A stretch of DNA of 38,753 nucleotides from Nitrospiraceae bacterium (GCA_037442105.1 JBBIQV010000007.1:62001-100753); one strand, 5' to 3'. Shown: positions 1-12,166, numbered from the stretch's first letter. Numbers and translations are program-made. Notes: a model not told the origin generated them from the sequence alone.

Positions 1-262
1 CGGGAATTACGCCTCCGCCAAGCACGCGATCGAATTCACCGATGCCGGTACAACGGCGGTGCTCGCCAACCACTTCGATGTCGCCGATGGGAGTTGGCTT
101 AGAGGCGGTCACGTGCTTGAGCGCAGCAGGACGGCCTTTGCCGCTGGCGGGCAGCCGCTCTTCTTTCATGGTGTTCCAGCCGCCGCAGTCTGGGCAGCGC
201 CCGATCCACCGCGGAGCCTGGTGGCCGCATGCCTGGCAGGAAAAACTGGTCTTGGCCCGCAT
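1..262 (-). CDS. radA: DNA repair protein RadA/Sms, 5' part (runs off window start)
   Basis: Not in ORF track. Manual minus-strand translation from ATG at 262 gives MRAKTSFSCQACGHQAPRWIGRCPDCGGWNTMKEE...TGIGEFDRVLGGGVIP, with the C4 zinc finger and EFDRVLGGG signature of RadA. Confidence 0.95.
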   Translation of the reverse strand, partial: MRAKTSFSCQACGHQAPRWIGRCPDCGGWNTMKEERLPASGKGRPAALKHVTASKPTPIGDIEVVGEHRRCTGIGEFDRVLGGGVIP

Positions 263-350
263 CCGCCCGAGCCTCTGAGTCAAGAGATATGGACGAACCC
301 TATTGTAGAGGAAGAAGGGGTGAAAAGGAAGGAGAGCGGGATAGGTGGCT

Positions 351-1895
351 TTAACTCGGAGAGGGAACAGGATGGGTTTTGCATAGGCCGTCGTAGACAC
401 GTATGTAGTGCTGAACAGAAGGTCCCCAGGAGACGTCCGTGCGCATTCCTGTTTGGATGAGATGGTCCCATTCGTTCTTGTGCTTGTGAACCGAGAGGGC
501 CAACAGGATAACCGAGAGGAGCGACTCTGATGACATGTCTGTGAAACGGAATCCATTTGCGCGACGGTTGCGAGTGCTTCCCGGCGAGAATGGGACAACG
601 GTGTCGGCCAATCCTCCTGTCTTTCGGACAATGGGGATCGTCCCATAGCGAAGACCATGTAACTGAGTCAGTCCGCAGGGTTCATATCGGGAGGGAATGA
701 GCAACATGTCGCTCCCCGCCTGGATCCTGTGAGCCAGACCTTCGTCAAATCCCAGACGCAGGGCGACCTTTTTCGGATAGCGATTCTGAAAGGAGGAAAA
801 CTCCTGTTCGTAGCGGCGCTCCCCGCTGCCGAGAATGATCAATTGGAGATCCACCTCCATCAATTCAGGGAGGATATCTACGACGAGGTCAAGCCCTTTC
901 TGGTTGACCAAGCGTGAGACGATCCCAAGGACCGGCGCCTCCTTCACCGGGAGCTTCATCTCTCGTTGGAGCTCCTGCTTGCAAACTCTCTTGCCCGTAA
1001 GATCCGAGGCTGAATAGGTGCGTGGAAGGAACGGGTCTGTGGATGGATCCCAGACCCCGGTGTCGATCCCGTTCACAATGCCGACGAGACGATCTTTCCG
1101 CTGGGCGAGGACTCCCTCAAGGCCGAACCCGAAATCGGGCGTCTGAATCTCTCGACTGTACGTTGGGCTGACCGTGGTGAGCATATCGGCGAAGAGGATA
1201 CCGCCCTTGAGCAAATTCACGGATCCGTAGAATTCAAGTCCGGCAGGCGTGAACACATCCGCCGGGAGCCCCGTTTTCTCAAACTCGGATTTCGGGAATT
1301 GTCCCTGATAACCCACGTTGTGCAGAGTCAGAATCGTCTGCAGGCCGGTGAATTCCGGTTGCCTTGCGTAGAGCGTTTTGAGATACACCGCGCATAACGC
1401 CGTCTGCCAGTCATGGAGATGGAGGATGTCCGGTCGCCACTGTTCTGCGGAAGCGAAGTGTGTCAACAGCGCCAGAACCCCGCGGCAGAAGAAACTGAAC
1501 CGATCGAGGTTATCAGGGTAGTCTCGGCCCTGCTCTTGATACAGGCCGGCACGAGCAAAAAACAAGTCGTGCCGAATGGCGAAGATCGACATGCGACCCG
1601 CCGTCTTGCCAGGGAACGAAGAAACCGGCCCCTGCTCGATGATCGCCTGGATAGGGCCGGCCACGGTAGGCACCGGTAGCTCGGCGACCTGCTGAAAGGG
1701 GTGCTCGGAGTCGTCGATACAGCCATACTTGGGGATGATCAGTCTGACCTCGTGCCCCAGTTTTGCCAATTCAAAGGGCAAGGTTCCTGCCACATCGGCC
1801 AGTCCTCCTGTCTTGGCATAGGGCACCGCCTCCGGGGAGACCATCGCAATCTTGAGCGTTGAGCGAACTGTGGCTGAAGGAGAAGACATCGTCAC
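351..1895 (-). CDS. glgA: Glycogen synthase
   Basis: KTGGLADV ADP-glucose motif, HLHDWQT, PSRYEPCGLTQ, RKTGGLADTV. GTG start overlaps the upstream stop (GTGA); alternative ATG at 1889. Confidence 0.95.
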   Translation of the reverse strand: MTMSSPSATVRSTLKIAMVSPEAVPYAKTGGLADVAGTLPFELAKLGHEVRLIIPKYGCIDDSEHPFQQVAELPVPTVAGPIQAIIEQGPVSSFPGKTAGRMSIFAIRHDLFFARAGLYQEQGRDYPDNLDRFSFFCRGVLALLTHFASAEQWRPDILHLHDWQTALCAVYLKTLYARQPEFTGLQTILTLHNVGYQGQFPKSEFEKTGLPADVFTPAGLEFYGSVNLLKGGILFADMLTTVSPTYSREIQTPDFGFGLEGVLAQRKDRLVGIVNGIDTGVWDPSTDPFLPRTYSASDLTGKRVCKQELQREMKLPVKEAPVLGIVSRLVNQKGLDLVVDILPELMEVDLQLIILGSGERRYEQEFSSFQNRYPKKVALRLGFDEGLAHRIQAGSDMLLIPSRYEPCGLTQLHGLRYGTIPIVRKTGGLADTVVPFSPGSTRNRRANGFRFTDMSSESLLSVILLALSVHKHKNEWDHLIQTGMRTDVSWGPSVQHYIRVYDGLCKTHPVPSPS

Positions 1896-2359
1896 CGAGA
1901 GGGAGGATGCGGGGTCAGAGGGGGCAGTTCAAGTCTGGTCTTGAACTCCGCTTCTCGCTTCCACTGCGTGCCAAGAGCGTGCAATTGTTGTGGAGGAAAC
2001 TGTTCCCGATAAACCAAACGATCGTTCAGGAAGCCCAGTAGCCAGCCCCGATCCGCATAGGCGAGAAATAACGCCACGCCCCCTGCCAAGTCCCCGTCCC
2101 ACCCTTCCGGCGTTTCACCGAGTGGGACTCTAAAACGAGGGATCAGACTCTTGTCCGGCATCTCGAAAAACTGTGTGCGCTCAAGGTGGGTGAAGCTCGC
2201 GTCGCCCCAAGTCTGCTGAAACGCCTGCGGACTGAGTTGCTGGAGGGGAAATTCGTTCTTGTCGATAAACTGCTTCTGGACTTCCACCGGAGGGAGTCCG
2301 CCGCAGGCCGACAGCACAACCATCGAGAGCATGAGCCAGGAGTGAACGACGTATCTCAC
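1892..2359 (-). CDS. Hypothetical lipoprotein
   Basis: Hydrophobic N-terminus with lipobox LSAC; fills the gap between DUF971 and glgA with coupled overlap. Confidence 0.75.
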   Translation of the reverse strand: MRYVVHSWLMLSMVVLSACGGLPPVEVQKQFIDKNEFPLQQLSPQAFQQTWGDASFTHLERTQFFEMPDKSLIPRFRVPLGETPEGWDGDLAGGVALFLAYADRGWLLGFLNDRLVYREQFPPQQLHALGTQWKREAEFKTRLELPPLTPHPPSR

Positions 2360-2396
2360 GATAATGAGTCTCGCAGCCTGCGCAAAGATGGCTCCG

Positions 2397-2753
2397 TTAC
2401 AATAAGCGCCGACTCTTCGGCTGCTCAGGTTTCACCGGCTGACAGATATCGCATTGGCACAACCGCCGGAGCAAGACATAGGAATAAATACCGGCATCGT
2501 GTCCGTCGCTCCATTGGAACTGCAAAGCATAGCGCCCAACTGGTTGGACATCCTGCAGCATGATAAGAAGGGGCACGTCGTCAGGTTTCAGGCGCATCTC
2601 GCCCGTCCACTCGTCGATGCAAGCGGCGCAGGGGCAATGTTGCCGCAGATAGCGGACAGGGTACAGCCCTTTGTGGCCGTCGCTCCACTCAATACCCAAC
2701 ACGCCTTTCTCGACCCATTCCATATCACGAGGTTCAAGGGCTGTCGTCGTCAT
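2397..2753 (-). CDS. DUF971 / GBBH-like N-terminal domain protein (putative metal/Fe-S binding)
   Basis: From ATG 2753 (ATGA overlap with recO stop): IEWSDGH...LRQHCPCAAC...VGRYALQFQWSDGHDAGIYSY. Confidence 0.88.
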   Translation of the reverse strand: MTTTALEPRDMEWVEKGVLGIEWSDGHKGLYPVRYLRQHCPCAACIDEWTGEMRLKPDDVPLLIMLQDVQPVGRYALQFQWSDGHDAGIYSYVLLRRLCQCDICQPVKPEQPKSRRLL

Positions 2754-3568
2754 GGGCGAGTCGTCCCCTCCGGCTGTATAGCCGGTCGATCGGTTGTTGC
2801 AGAAGTGTGCCAGGTCCGACCGTCTCCTGCCAGAAAGTCTACAGCAGGAAGATGCTTCCCGGCTACGATTGCCATATAGGCCTCGATCGCGGATTCCAGC
2901 TCGACACGAACCCGTCCCTCTGCTTTCAGACGGGTTACCAGCGTCTCGGGGAAACGTACCGCCTGATGTAAGAAGGCGAGGCTCCCTTTTGACAGAACAA
3001 CACTTCGACCAGGCTGGCGGCTCGCGCAGCGCCCACAAACCAATCCCCCGGCCGTAGGAGAAAAGACCGGTTCATCAAGGAGATGGGTCGTGCCACAGGA
3101 GGCGCAGTGGTCGGTTTGCGGCCTGAAGCCTGTTTGCCCTAGCAATCGAATTTCGAACAGTAAGGTGGTCAGCGGCGGGTCGCTGCTTCCCTGCAATGCC
3201 CGCAGGCCGCTTACGAGGGTCTCAAATAAGCAAGGCTCCGGCTCACCATCAGGGGTCACAGCGGATGCGACATTCGCCATTCGAGCCGCTGCAGCCATCA
3301 GAGCCAGATCTTCGCGCAGGCGAGAAAAAGACTCGACGAGATCCACCTGGGAAATACGATACAGCGTGTCGCCGGGTTTCTCGAAGAGATCCACATGGCA
3401 CAGCACGAAGGGTTCAAGACTCCCGGCAAAGCGGCTCTTGCTGCGTCGAACACCCCGTGCAACGCCACGGATTTTTCCCAACCGGTCTGTATACAGGGTG
3501 ACGATCCGGTCGGCCTCTCCCCACCTCCGGCTCTTCAGTACGATGGCTAACGTTTTGAGAAGCGGCAT
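2750..3568 (-). CDS. recO: DNA repair protein RecO
   Basis: GEADRIVTLYT..GKIRGVARG, LEPF, CASC...CGRC zinc finger; lies near era. Confidence 0.95.
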   Translation of the reverse strand: MPLLKTLAIVLKSRRWGEADRIVTLYTDRLGKIRGVARGVRRSKSRFAGSLEPFVLCHVDLFEKPGDTLYRISQVDLVESFSRLREDLALMAAAARMANVASAVTPDGEPEPCLFETLVSGLRALQGSSDPPLTTLLFEIRLLGQTGFRPQTDHCASCGTTHLLDEPVFSPTAGGLVCGRCASRQPGRSVVLSKGSLAFLHQAVRFPETLVTRLKAEGRVRVELESAIEAYMAIVAGKHLPAVDFLAGDGRTWHTSATTDRPAIQPEGTTRP

Positions 3569-3589
3569 CGTTTCAGAAAACAGCTATGG

Positions 3590-5020
3590 CTACCGGAGGT
3601 GCTCCAGGAATGCGGTCGAAAGAGTCAAATAAATCGTGATACCGGTAATGTCATTCGCAGTTGTGACAAACGGACCGGCCGCCACGGCAGGATCGACGCC
3701 CATCCGCTTGAGCACAATCGGCATAATTGTCGCCATGCTGGTGGAAACCAGGAAAGCGATGATGAGCGAAGTCCCGACCACCATGCCGAGGAACCCCTGG
3801 TGCCAGAGCCATCCGACCGCCGTCAGGATCAAGCCGCACGCCAACCCCATGAGCGCTGCGATCTTCATCTCGCGGAAGAACACCTTCCATACATCGGTCA
3901 GTTCGACGACGCCCGTGGCAAGCCCGCGGATGATGAGCGTCGAGGATTGCAACCCGACGTTCCCGCCCATCGCCGCGATCACCGGAATGAAGCTGACGAT
4001 CGCGACCACTTCCTGGATGGTAAACCGGAAGTACCACAAAATGGCGCCGGAGAGCAGACTGCCGACCAGGTTTGTGAAGAGCCAAGGCAGGCGCAAACGG
4101 GCGGCAGCCACACTGGAGGACTTGGGAACCGTCTCCTCCTCAATCGCGCCGGCCATCTTCAACATGTCTTCCGTCGCCTCTTCCCGGATGACGTCCACCA
4201 CGTCGTCTACCGTGATGATGCCTACGAGCGTCCCGTCTTTTTCGACGACCGGGATGGCGAGAAGGTTGTAACTCGCCACTTGCCGCGCCACTTCCTCTTG
4301 GTCCATATCGACGGTCACGCTCATGACATCGCGGGTCATGATGTTCTTCAACGGAGTGGCCGGAGGCACGGTGAGGAGCTGCCGCAAAGACAGAACGCCG
4401 ACCAAGCGGTCTTCCTTGTCCGTCACATAAATGTAGAAGACCATTTCGGCGTCGGTTGCCTGCTGGAGCCGGCGGATGGCGTCCTGCGCCGTGGCATCCT
4501 CCGGCAGCGAGAAAAACTCGGTCGTCATGATGCCGCCTGCCGTATCCTTGGGGTACTTCAGCAGGTCGGCAATGTCGGTGGAGTCCTCCGTCTTCATGAG
4601 CGCCAAAATTTCTTTGGCGCGTTCATCGGGCAGGACGCCGAGAATGTAGGCCACGTCGTCGGGTCCCAAGTCTTTCAGCAGCCAGGCGATATCGGAGGGC
4701 AGCAGATCGGCGACGACTTGGTTGATGCTGTCGCTATCCAGCTCGCTCAACACCTGCCCGCGTTGAGCTTCGCCTTTGACCAGTTCAAATATCGTGCGTT
4801 TCTCTTTGGGCGACGAGAGATGGACAATGACTTTGGCGGTGTCTGCCGGATGCATCCGTCCGAGCATTTTTGCCAGGTTGGTGATGGCGCCTCGTCGCAG
4901 GAGGCGCTGGAAGGACAGGAGCACGATGTCGGACTTCGTCTGACCTCGGTCGGCTTGATCCTTGAGAGACTCCCGAAGGAGATCCCGGTCGGTTTGGCGA
5001 GGGCGTTCGGGTGGTTGCAT
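3590..5020 (-). CDS. mgtE: Magnesium transporter MgtE
   Basis: CBS pair (TAGGIMTTEF, GIITVDDVVD) and TM motifs MGGNVGLQS, DPAVAAGPFVTTANDITG. ATG 5020 chosen to avoid overlapping era. Confidence 0.95.
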   Translation of the reverse strand: MQPPERPRQTDRDLLRESLKDQADRGQTKSDIVLLSFQRLLRRGAITNLAKMLGRMHPADTAKVIVHLSSPKEKRTIFELVKGEAQRGQVLSELDSDSINQVVADLLPSDIAWLLKDLGPDDVAYILGVLPDERAKEILALMKTEDSTDIADLLKYPKDTAGGIMTTEFFSLPEDATAQDAIRRLQQATDAEMVFYIYVTDKEDRLVGVLSLRQLLTVPPATPLKNIMTRDVMSVTVDMDQEEVARQVASYNLLAIPVVEKDGTLVGIITVDDVVDVIREEATEDMLKMAGAIEEETVPKSSSVAAARLRLPWLFTNLVGSLLSGAILWYFRFTIQEVVAIVSFIPVIAAMGGNVGLQSSTLIIRGLATGVVELTDVWKVFFREMKIAALMGLACGLILTAVGWLWHQGFLGMVVGTSLIIAFLVSTSMATIMPIVLKRMGVDPAVAAGPFVTTANDITGITIYLTLSTAFLEHLR

Positions 5021-5030
5021 CTCGATCCCG

Positions 5031-5915
5031 TCAGTATCCCAAGGCGGCAAGCGCCTGTTCGTCTTCGCGCCAAGCGGTGCGCACCTTCACCCAAAGTTGC
5101 AAAAAGACCTTCATGCCGAAGAGTCGTTCCATGTCGAGCCGTGCGGCGGTTCCTACGGCCTTGAGCCGCTCGCCCTGTTTCCCGATCAGAATGGCTTTCT
5201 GCGAGTCTTTCTCGACTAGGATGGAGGCGCTGATTCGAGCCAGTTTCCCTTCCTCGGCAAATTGATCGATCTCCACCGCAACCGAATGCGGCACCTCTTC
5301 ATAGGTCTGCTGGAGAATCTTTTCTCGGATCATCTCGGCTGCGAGCATCCTCATGGACTGATCCGTGACCACATCGTCATCATACTGCCGCTCGCCTTCG
5401 GGGAGAAGCCGTACGGTGAGATCGAGCAGCCGGTCGACATTGAGGCCGGTCTGTGCGGACACAGGGACGATCTCGGTCCAGGCGAACAGCTTCGCATATC
5501 GTTCGATCAACGGCAGTAATTTGGCTTTGTTTACCAGGTCGATCTTGTTCAGCACCAGAAGCACGGGACGTGGCCGTTTTGCGAGAGCCTGGCTGATCTG
5601 TTCGACGACGAACCGATCGCCGGGGCCGGGCGGGCTTGTCGCCTCAACCAGCACATAGACCAAATCCGCATCGTCCAGGGTCTCCATCGCGGTCCGAACC
5701 ATACGGCGGTTGAGGAGATGCTGCGGCTTGTGCAACCCCGGCGTATCGAGGAAGGCGATTTGCGCTTCCGGCACATGAGCGACGCCGAGGGTTCGCATGC
5801 GCGTCGTCTGGGGTTTGTCCGATACGATGGCGATCTTCTCCTGGATCAGCCGATTCAGGAGCGTCGACTTACCTACGTTTGACCGGCCCATGATGGCCAC
5901 GGCACCAGACTTCAT
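5031..5915 (-). CDS. era: GTPase Era
   Basis: GRSNVGKSTLLN, KPQTTR, DTPG, NKID and C-terminal KH domain (ILIGKQG). Confidence 0.97.
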   Translation of the reverse strand: MKSGAVAIMGRSNVGKSTLLNRLIQEKIAIVSDKPQTTRMRTLGVAHVPEAQIAFLDTPGLHKPQHLLNRRMVRTAMETLDDADLVYVLVEATSPPGPGDRFVVEQISQALAKRPRPVLLVLNKIDLVNKAKLLPLIERYAKLFAWTEIVPVSAQTGLNVDRLLDLTVRLLPEGERQYDDDVVTDQSMRMLAAEMIREKILQQTYEEVPHSVAVEIDQFAEEGKLARISASILVEKDSQKAILIGKQGERLKAVGTAARLDMERLFGMKVFLQLWVKVRTAWREDEQALAALGY

Positions 5916-5923
5916 ATACTTCC

Positions 5924-6274
5924 TCAGGGCTTCGGCTGAGCCGGTGATTGTTCGGGGATCAGTTGATACACCGTCTCTCCCTTGCGAACATAACCGAGTC
6001 GCTCGCGCGCAAGCGCTTCGATCTTGGCCGGATCGTGCTGAAGGCGATTGATATCGGCGCGCAGGGCCGTATTGTCACGCGCAAGGGCCTGAAGGTCCTG
6101 CTCCAATTGCTGGACGTGCTGGCGCATCGACAGGTAGCGAGGCAGTCCCATTTCTCCGAAGATGAGCGAGCCGATCAACAGGATGCAGAGGCCGAGCCCC
6201 ACAAACTGGAGCGTTTGCATCGACCGTCGCTGCCAGTCCAGCCAGTTGCGTCCCCGGTTGCGCTTGATCATCAT
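5924..6274 (-). CDS. ftsB: Septum formation initiator FtsB/DivIC family
   Basis: Single TM helix, coiled coil and IEALARERLGYVRKGETVY; canonical position after eno. Confidence 0.85.
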   Translation of the reverse strand: MMIKRNRGRNWLDWQRRSMQTLQFVGLGLCILLIGSLIFGEMGLPRYLSMRQHVQQLEQDLQALARDNTALRADINRLQHDPAKIEALARERLGYVRKGETVYQLIPEQSPAQPKP

Positions 6275-6298
6275 CGCGTCGGGAGATCCTCCGTTGAG

Positions 6299-7720
<1,422 letters not shown>

Positions 7721-9151
7721 TCACCCTGCCAATTTCTTCTTCAGCAACTCGTTCACCTTGCCAGGATTCGCCTTCCCCCCCGACGCTTTCATCACCTGCC
7801 CGACCAAGAACCCCAAGACTTGTTGTTTGCCGCCTCGATACTGTTCGACCTGTGTCGGATTCTTCGTTATGACCTCATCGATGATCTTTTCAAGCGCGCC
7901 TTCATCGGAGACCTGCGTCAGTCCTTTTTCCTGCACAAGCTGCTCGGGGGGCTTGCCGCTCGCGTAGAGTTCCGGGAAAATCTCCCGGGCCGTTTTCAGG
8001 CTGATCGTCCCCTTTTCAACCAATTGAAGCAGGCTCACCAAACGCTCAGGGCTGACGGGAGAGGCGGACGCATCCGTGCCGGAGTTGTTCAGCTCCCTCA
8101 GCAGCTCGCCCATCACCCAGTTGCTGACCGTCTTGGGCTGCCCGAACAGCTTCGCGCAGGCTTCAAAGTAATCCCCCAGCGACTTGGACGACGTCAAAAT
8201 ACCCGCGTCGTATTCGGGCAGGCCGTACTCCATGAGAAACCGTTGCTGCCGCGCGGCCGGCAACTCCGGAACCGTCTTGCGCAGTTCCTCAATCCACTCG
8301 TCGGAGATTTGCAACGGCACCAAATCCGGATCGGGGAAGTACCGATAGTCATGCGCTTCTTCTTTACTCCGCATCACCACCGTCTCGCCGCGATCAATGT
8401 TCCACAGCCTGGTCTCCTGATAAATCTTGCCTCCCTCGTTCAACACCTTAGTCTGGCGCTTGATCTCGTAGTCGACCGCGTCCTTGACGAACTTGAACGA
8501 GTTGATGTTTTTCAGCTCGACCTTCGTGCCGAACTCCTTCTGGCCGAGGGGACGCAAGGAAAGATTCGGTTCGCAGCGTAGATTCCCCTCTTCCATATTG
8601 CCGTCGCAGACGTCCAGGTACATGAGGATATCGCGCAGGCTTTTCAGGTAGGCGACGACCTCATCGGCGGAGCACATATCGGGTTCGGTCACGATCTCCA
8701 GCAATGGCGTCCCGGCACGGTTCAGATCCACCCGGCTCCCGCTGCCGCCGGTCTCGTGTACATTCTTGCCCGCGTCTTCTTCCAAATGCGCGCGGCGGAT
8801 GCGGACGCGTTTCTTCCGGTCGCCTACGGCGATGTCGATCCAGCCATGCTCGCAGATCGGCGCTTCATACTGGGAAATCTGGTAGCCCTTCGGAAGGTCC
8901 GGATAAAAATAATTCTTGCGGGCGAACCGGTTGGCGACGCCGATCGCGCAATTCAGGGCCAGACCGGTCCGGATCGCCATTTCGACGGCTTTTCGATTGA
9001 TGACCGGCAAGGTGCCGGGAAGCCCGAGACAGAGGGGGCATGTCTGCGCATTCGCCGTCAGCCCGAATGTCGTGCCGCAGGCGCAGAACATCTTCGACTG
9101 CGTGCGCAGTTGGGCATGCACTTCCACGCCGATCACGACTTCGTAGATCAC
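7721..9151 (-). CDS. gatB: Asp/Glu-tRNA amidotransferase subunit B
   Basis: [42 protein letters not shown] start at 9151. Confidence 0.97.
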   Translation of the reverse strand: MIYEVVIGVEVHAQLRTQSKMFCACGTTFGLTANAQTCPLCLGLPGTLPVINRKAVEMAIRTGLALNCAIGVANRFARKNYFYPDLPKGYQISQYEAPICEHGWIDIAVGDRKKRVRIRRAHLEEDAGKNVHETGGSGSRVDLNRAGTPLLEIVTEPDMCSADEVVAYLKSLRDILMYLDVCDGNMEEGNLRCEPNLSLRPLGQKEFGTKVELKNINSFKFVKDAVDYEIKRQTKVLNEGGKIYQETRLWNIDRGETVVMRSKEEAHDYRYFPDPDLVPLQISDEWIEELRKTVPELPAARQQRFLMEYGLPEYDAGILTSSKSLGDYFEACAKLFGQPKTVSNWVMGELLRELNNSGTDASASPVSPERLVSLLQLVEKGTISLKTAREIFPELYASGKPPEQLVQEKGLTQVSDEGALEKIIDEVITKNPTQVEQYRGGKQQVLGFLVGQVMKASGGKANPGKVNELLKKKLAG

Positions 9152-9152
9152 G

Positions 9153-9473
9153 CTAGCTCGTCTGCTCGCCGGACAAGCGATCTCGTTCGCGATGCATGGC
9201 CTCGCGCCCTGCATCGAACGCTTCGCGCAGCACGGATTTCTTGGTCTCGACGAAGTCCTTCCCTTTCTCGACCACTTCTTCGAAAGCCTCCCCGGCTTTC
9301 CCCGCCAAATCGCGCAAATTCTCTTCAGCCCGACGAGCATACCCGCGTAATTGCTCGCGGGATTCCCGACCCGATTGCGGCGCCAACAACAAGGCCGCTA
9401 CCGCCCCCAACGCAGCACCACTTAAGAAGGCCAAAATTATCGTCGACGCTGAGACGCCCCGATCATCCGCCAT
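9153..9473 (-). CDS. YtxH domain protein
   Basis: [24 protein letters not shown] is a YtxH-type signature. Confidence 0.85.
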   Translation of the reverse strand: MADDRGVSASTIILAFLSGAALGAVAALLLAPQSGRESREQLRGYARRAEENLRDLAGKAGEAFEEVVEKGKDFVETKKSVLREAFDAGREAMHRERDRLSGEQTS

Positions 9474-9867
9474 TGTAATTCCCTCCTTCCTTCCGCAGCC
9501 GCTCTCTTACGACGTTGGTGGCCGCCTTAACTCCGGCGACCATGCTGACCAGATTCGTAAGCAGGGACCCGCTCGTGCCGCGGACCATCTCATGGACTTG
9601 CTGAACCGACTCCCCCACTTCTCCCACCGCATGCAACAGAACGGCAGCATGTTCGACTCCGCCCTTTGCCTGATCCGCCAGGTCGTTGAGATTCTGACTC
9701 ATCGCGCGCAGTTCGGAAATGAGCAACGGAAGCTCGCTGTTCATCCGTATCAACAATTGCTCCGATTCTGCGACGGTCTTTTTGACTTGGATCAGCAGCG
9801 GCACGAGATACCCGACGAGGACGGCAAAGGCGATCGCTACAAGGATGGCCGCAATTTCGACGATCAT
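9463..9867 (-). CDS. DUF948 (YoxC-like) membrane-anchored coiled-coil protein
   Basis: N-terminal TM helix followed by coiled coil; typical partner of YtxH. Confidence 0.8.
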   Translation of the reverse strand: MIVEIAAILVAIAFAVLVGYLVPLLIQVKKTVAESEQLLIRMNSELPLLISELRAMSQNLNDLADQAKGGVEHAAVLLHAVGEVGESVQQVHEMVRGTSGSLLTNLVSMVAGVKAATNVVRERLRKEGGNYNGG

Positions 9868-9877
9868 AGTTTCCTCC

Positions 9878-9951
9878 AGGCTAGGGGCACGAGACTAGCG
9901 GCAATGGGCCATCCGTTGTTCCCGCTACCCCTCGCCTCTCGCCCCTTGCCT
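9878..9951. repeat. Imperfect inverted repeat built of heptamers (RGGCNAG / CTCGCCY)
   Basis: AGGCTAG GGGCACG AGACTAG CGGCAAT ... CTCGCCT CTCGCCC CTTGCCT between gatA and DUF948. Confidence 0.6.
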
Positions 9952-9954
9952 TCT

Positions 9955-11421
9955 TCATCGAACATTCGGTCGCTTCGTTCGCCATTGCGTCGCCTGTTCG
10001 TACGCGTAGGCCGCGCGCAGGATGATTTCTTCTTGGAACGGCCGTCCGATAATCTGGAGACTCACCGGCAATCCCGCCTTGCTGAACCCGCAAGGCATGG
10101 CGATTGCCGGCAGGCCGGCCAAGTTGACCGAGATCGTATAAATGTCCGACAGATACATCTGCAACGGGTCCTGGACCTTTTCACCGAGCGTAAAAGCCGG
10201 GGTAGGCGTCGTCGGGGTGACGATGACGTCCACCTCCTTAAAGGCAGCGTCGAAATCCCGGCGGATTAAGGTGCGTACGGCCTGGGCCTTGCCGTAGTAG
10301 GCGTCATAGTAGCCGGCACTGAGCACATAGGTGCCGAGCATGATGCGCCGTTTGACCTCCGGACCAAAGCCTTCCGCGCGAGTCTTCACGTACATGTCGA
10401 GCAGATCCTTGGTCTCTTTCGAGCGGAGTCCGAACTTCACGCCGTCATAGCGGGCCAGGTTGGAACTGGCCTCAGCCGTCGCAAGGACGTAATAAGTCGC
10501 AATAGCCGCGTCGGTTGTGGGAAGCTTGATTTCCGTGATTTCTCCCCCCAGATTCTTGAGCTCCTCGATCGCGGCGCGCACGGCCTGTTCCACTTCGGGA
10601 TCGAGGCCTTCGGTGAAATATTCGACGGGCACGCCGACCTTGAGTTTTTTGAGATCCTTCTTCTTGAGCGCCTTCACATAGTCCGGCACCGGTACGTCGG
10701 CGGAGGTGGAATCCAAGGGATCATGGCCGGCCAGCACGCCCAGCAACAGTGCCGCGTCGGGAACATCCTTCGTAATAGGGCCGATCTGATCCAGCGATGA
10801 CGCGAAAGCGACCAGGCCGTAGCGGGACACGCGTCCATAGGTCGGTTTCAGGCCGACAACGCCGCAAAAGGCTGCCGGCTGGCGGATGGACCCGCCCGTG
10901 TCCGACCCGACCGCGGCCACGCACTCGTCCGCCGCCACGGCAGCGGCAGACCCGCCGCTCGACCCGCCTGGAACGCAGCGCAGGTTCCAGGGATTCCGGC
11001 TGGGACCGAACGCCGAGTTCTCCGTGGACGAGCCCATCGCAAATTCGTCCAGGTTGGTCTTGCCGAGCAACAGATAGTCTTGCGCGCGAAGTTTGGCGAT
11101 CACGGTAGCGTCGTACGGGGGCACAAAGTTTTCCAGGATGCGCGAGGCGCACGTGGTCGGAACTCCTTCGGTACAGATATTGTCCTTGATCGCCAGAGGC
11201 ATGCCCATCATCGGCAGAGTTTTCCGCCAGCCTTTCAGTTTCCGGTCGAGCGTCTCGGCCTGCACCATCGCGCTTTCTTTGAGTTGCGTCAGATAGGCCT
11301 TTATTTTCGGCTCCACCTGGTTGATGCGCAGGTAATAGGCGCGCACGATTTCGACCGCGCTTACTTCACCGGCGGTGAATTTCTTCTGAAGTTCCGAGAG
11401 AGTCAGTTTCTGCAGTGCCAT
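9955..11421 (-). CDS. gatA: Asp/Glu-tRNA amidotransferase subunit A
   Basis: Amidase signature [44 protein letters not shown]. Confidence 0.97.
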   Translation of the reverse strand: MALQKLTLSELQKKFTAGEVSAVEIVRAYYLRINQVEPKIKAYLTQLKESAMVQAETLDRKLKGWRKTLPMMGMPLAIKDNICTEGVPTTCASRILENFVPPYDATVIAKLRAQDYLLLGKTNLDEFAMGSSTENSAFGPSRNPWNLRCVPGGSSGGSAAAVAADECVAAVGSDTGGSIRQPAAFCGVVGLKPTYGRVSRYGLVAFASSLDQIGPITKDVPDAALLLGVLAGHDPLDSTSADVPVPDYVKALKKKDLKKLKVGVPVEYFTEGLDPEVEQAVRAAIEELKNLGGEITEIKLPTTDAAIATYYVLATAEASSNLARYDGVKFGLRSKETKDLLDMYVKTRAEGFGPEVKRRIMLGTYVLSAGYYDAYYGKAQAVRTLIRRDFDAAFKEVDVIVTPTTPTPAFTLGEKVQDPLQMYLSDIYTISVNLAGLPAIAMPCGFSKAGLPVSLQIIGRPFQEEIILRAAYAYEQATQWRTKRPNVR

Positions 11422-11786
11422 CAGGCTGTCGCCGATCGTTCGACCATGCGGTTTTTCTCGTCCACCTTGATGATCTTCGGCGCGTGCCGCTTGATCTCCT
11501 CTTCGGCGTAGTACTCGTAGCAGAAGATGATGATCTGGTCCCCGATGGCGCCCTTGCGGGCGGTCGGTCCGTTCAGCACGATCTCGCCGCTGCCGCGTTT
11601 GCCGGCCATCGCGTAGGTCATGAACCGCTCGCCGTTGTTGAGATTCGAGATCACGACGGCTTCATACGGCAGAATGCCCGCCGCGTCGAGGAGGTCCTGG
11701 TCAACGGTCAGGCTGCCTTCGTATTCGAGACAAGCGGCTGTGACGGTGACACGATGGATTTTCGATCGTAACATTTGGCGAAACAT
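11421..11786 (-). CDS. panD: Aspartate 1-decarboxylase
   Basis: [13 protein letters not shown] self-cleavage site, [16 protein letters not shown]. Confidence 0.95.
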   Translation of the reverse strand: MFRQMLRSKIHRVTVTAACLEYEGSLTVDQDLLDAAGILPYEAVVISNLNNGERFMTYAMAGKRGSGEIVLNGPTARKGAIGDQIIIFCYEYYAEEEIKRHAPKIIKVDEKNRMVERSATA

Positions 11787-11795
11787 AATTGAGCT

Positions 11796-11863
11796 CCGTA
11801 ATTCGTCTTTCGTTATCCGTCAGTCGTTGTTTTCGAATGACGAGTACCGTGTGACGATGAACT
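11796..11863. repeat. Heptamer-periodic imperfect inverted repeat (YCGTNNN / GACGA)
   Basis: CCGTAAT TCGTCTT TCGTTAT CCGTCAG TCGTTGT ... GACGAGT ACCGTGT GACGATG between gatC and panD. Confidence 0.55.
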
Positions 11864-12151
11864 TTATTCCAGGATTTTCGGGACACGGAAATAACTTCCG
11901 TCCTTGTCCGGTGCATTCTCGATCGCTTTCTCCGCCGGCAAGGACGGGCGAACTGCATCTTCTCGGAACACATTGACCTGTCCCAATACGGTGGCAGTGG
12001 GCGCCACTCCCTCCGTGTTGTAGGTGTTGAGTTTCTGGACATGGGTCAATATCTGGCTCAACTGTTTGCCGAAGGTGTCTTTTTCAACCTCCGTCAGCTC
12101 CAGCCGGGCCAACTTGGCCACTTTTTCAACGTCTGTTTTAGTGATCTGCAT
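11864..12151 (-). CDS. gatC: Asp/Glu-tRNA amidotransferase subunit C
   Basis: VEKVAKLARL...FREDAV...NAP...YFRVPKIL. Confidence 0.95.
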   Translation of the reverse strand: MQITKTDVEKVAKLARLELTEVEKDTFGKQLSQILTHVQKLNTYNTEGVAPTATVLGQVNVFREDAVRPSLPAEKAIENAPDKDGSYFRVPKILE

Positions 12152-12166
12152 CCCTGATCTCCGCCA

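Noticed and set aside
42..460. Plus-strand ORFs 42-278 and 59-460
   Set aside because: They overlap the clear minus-strand radA 5' end.
3599..5164. 521-aa plus-strand ORF (and similar long ORFs 9196-10269, 14088-15089, 21043-22041, 22129-23280)
   Set aside because: These are antisense shadows of well-supported genes (mgtE, gatA/DUF948, glmU, ftsH), common in GC-rich DNA, and show no recognisable motifs.
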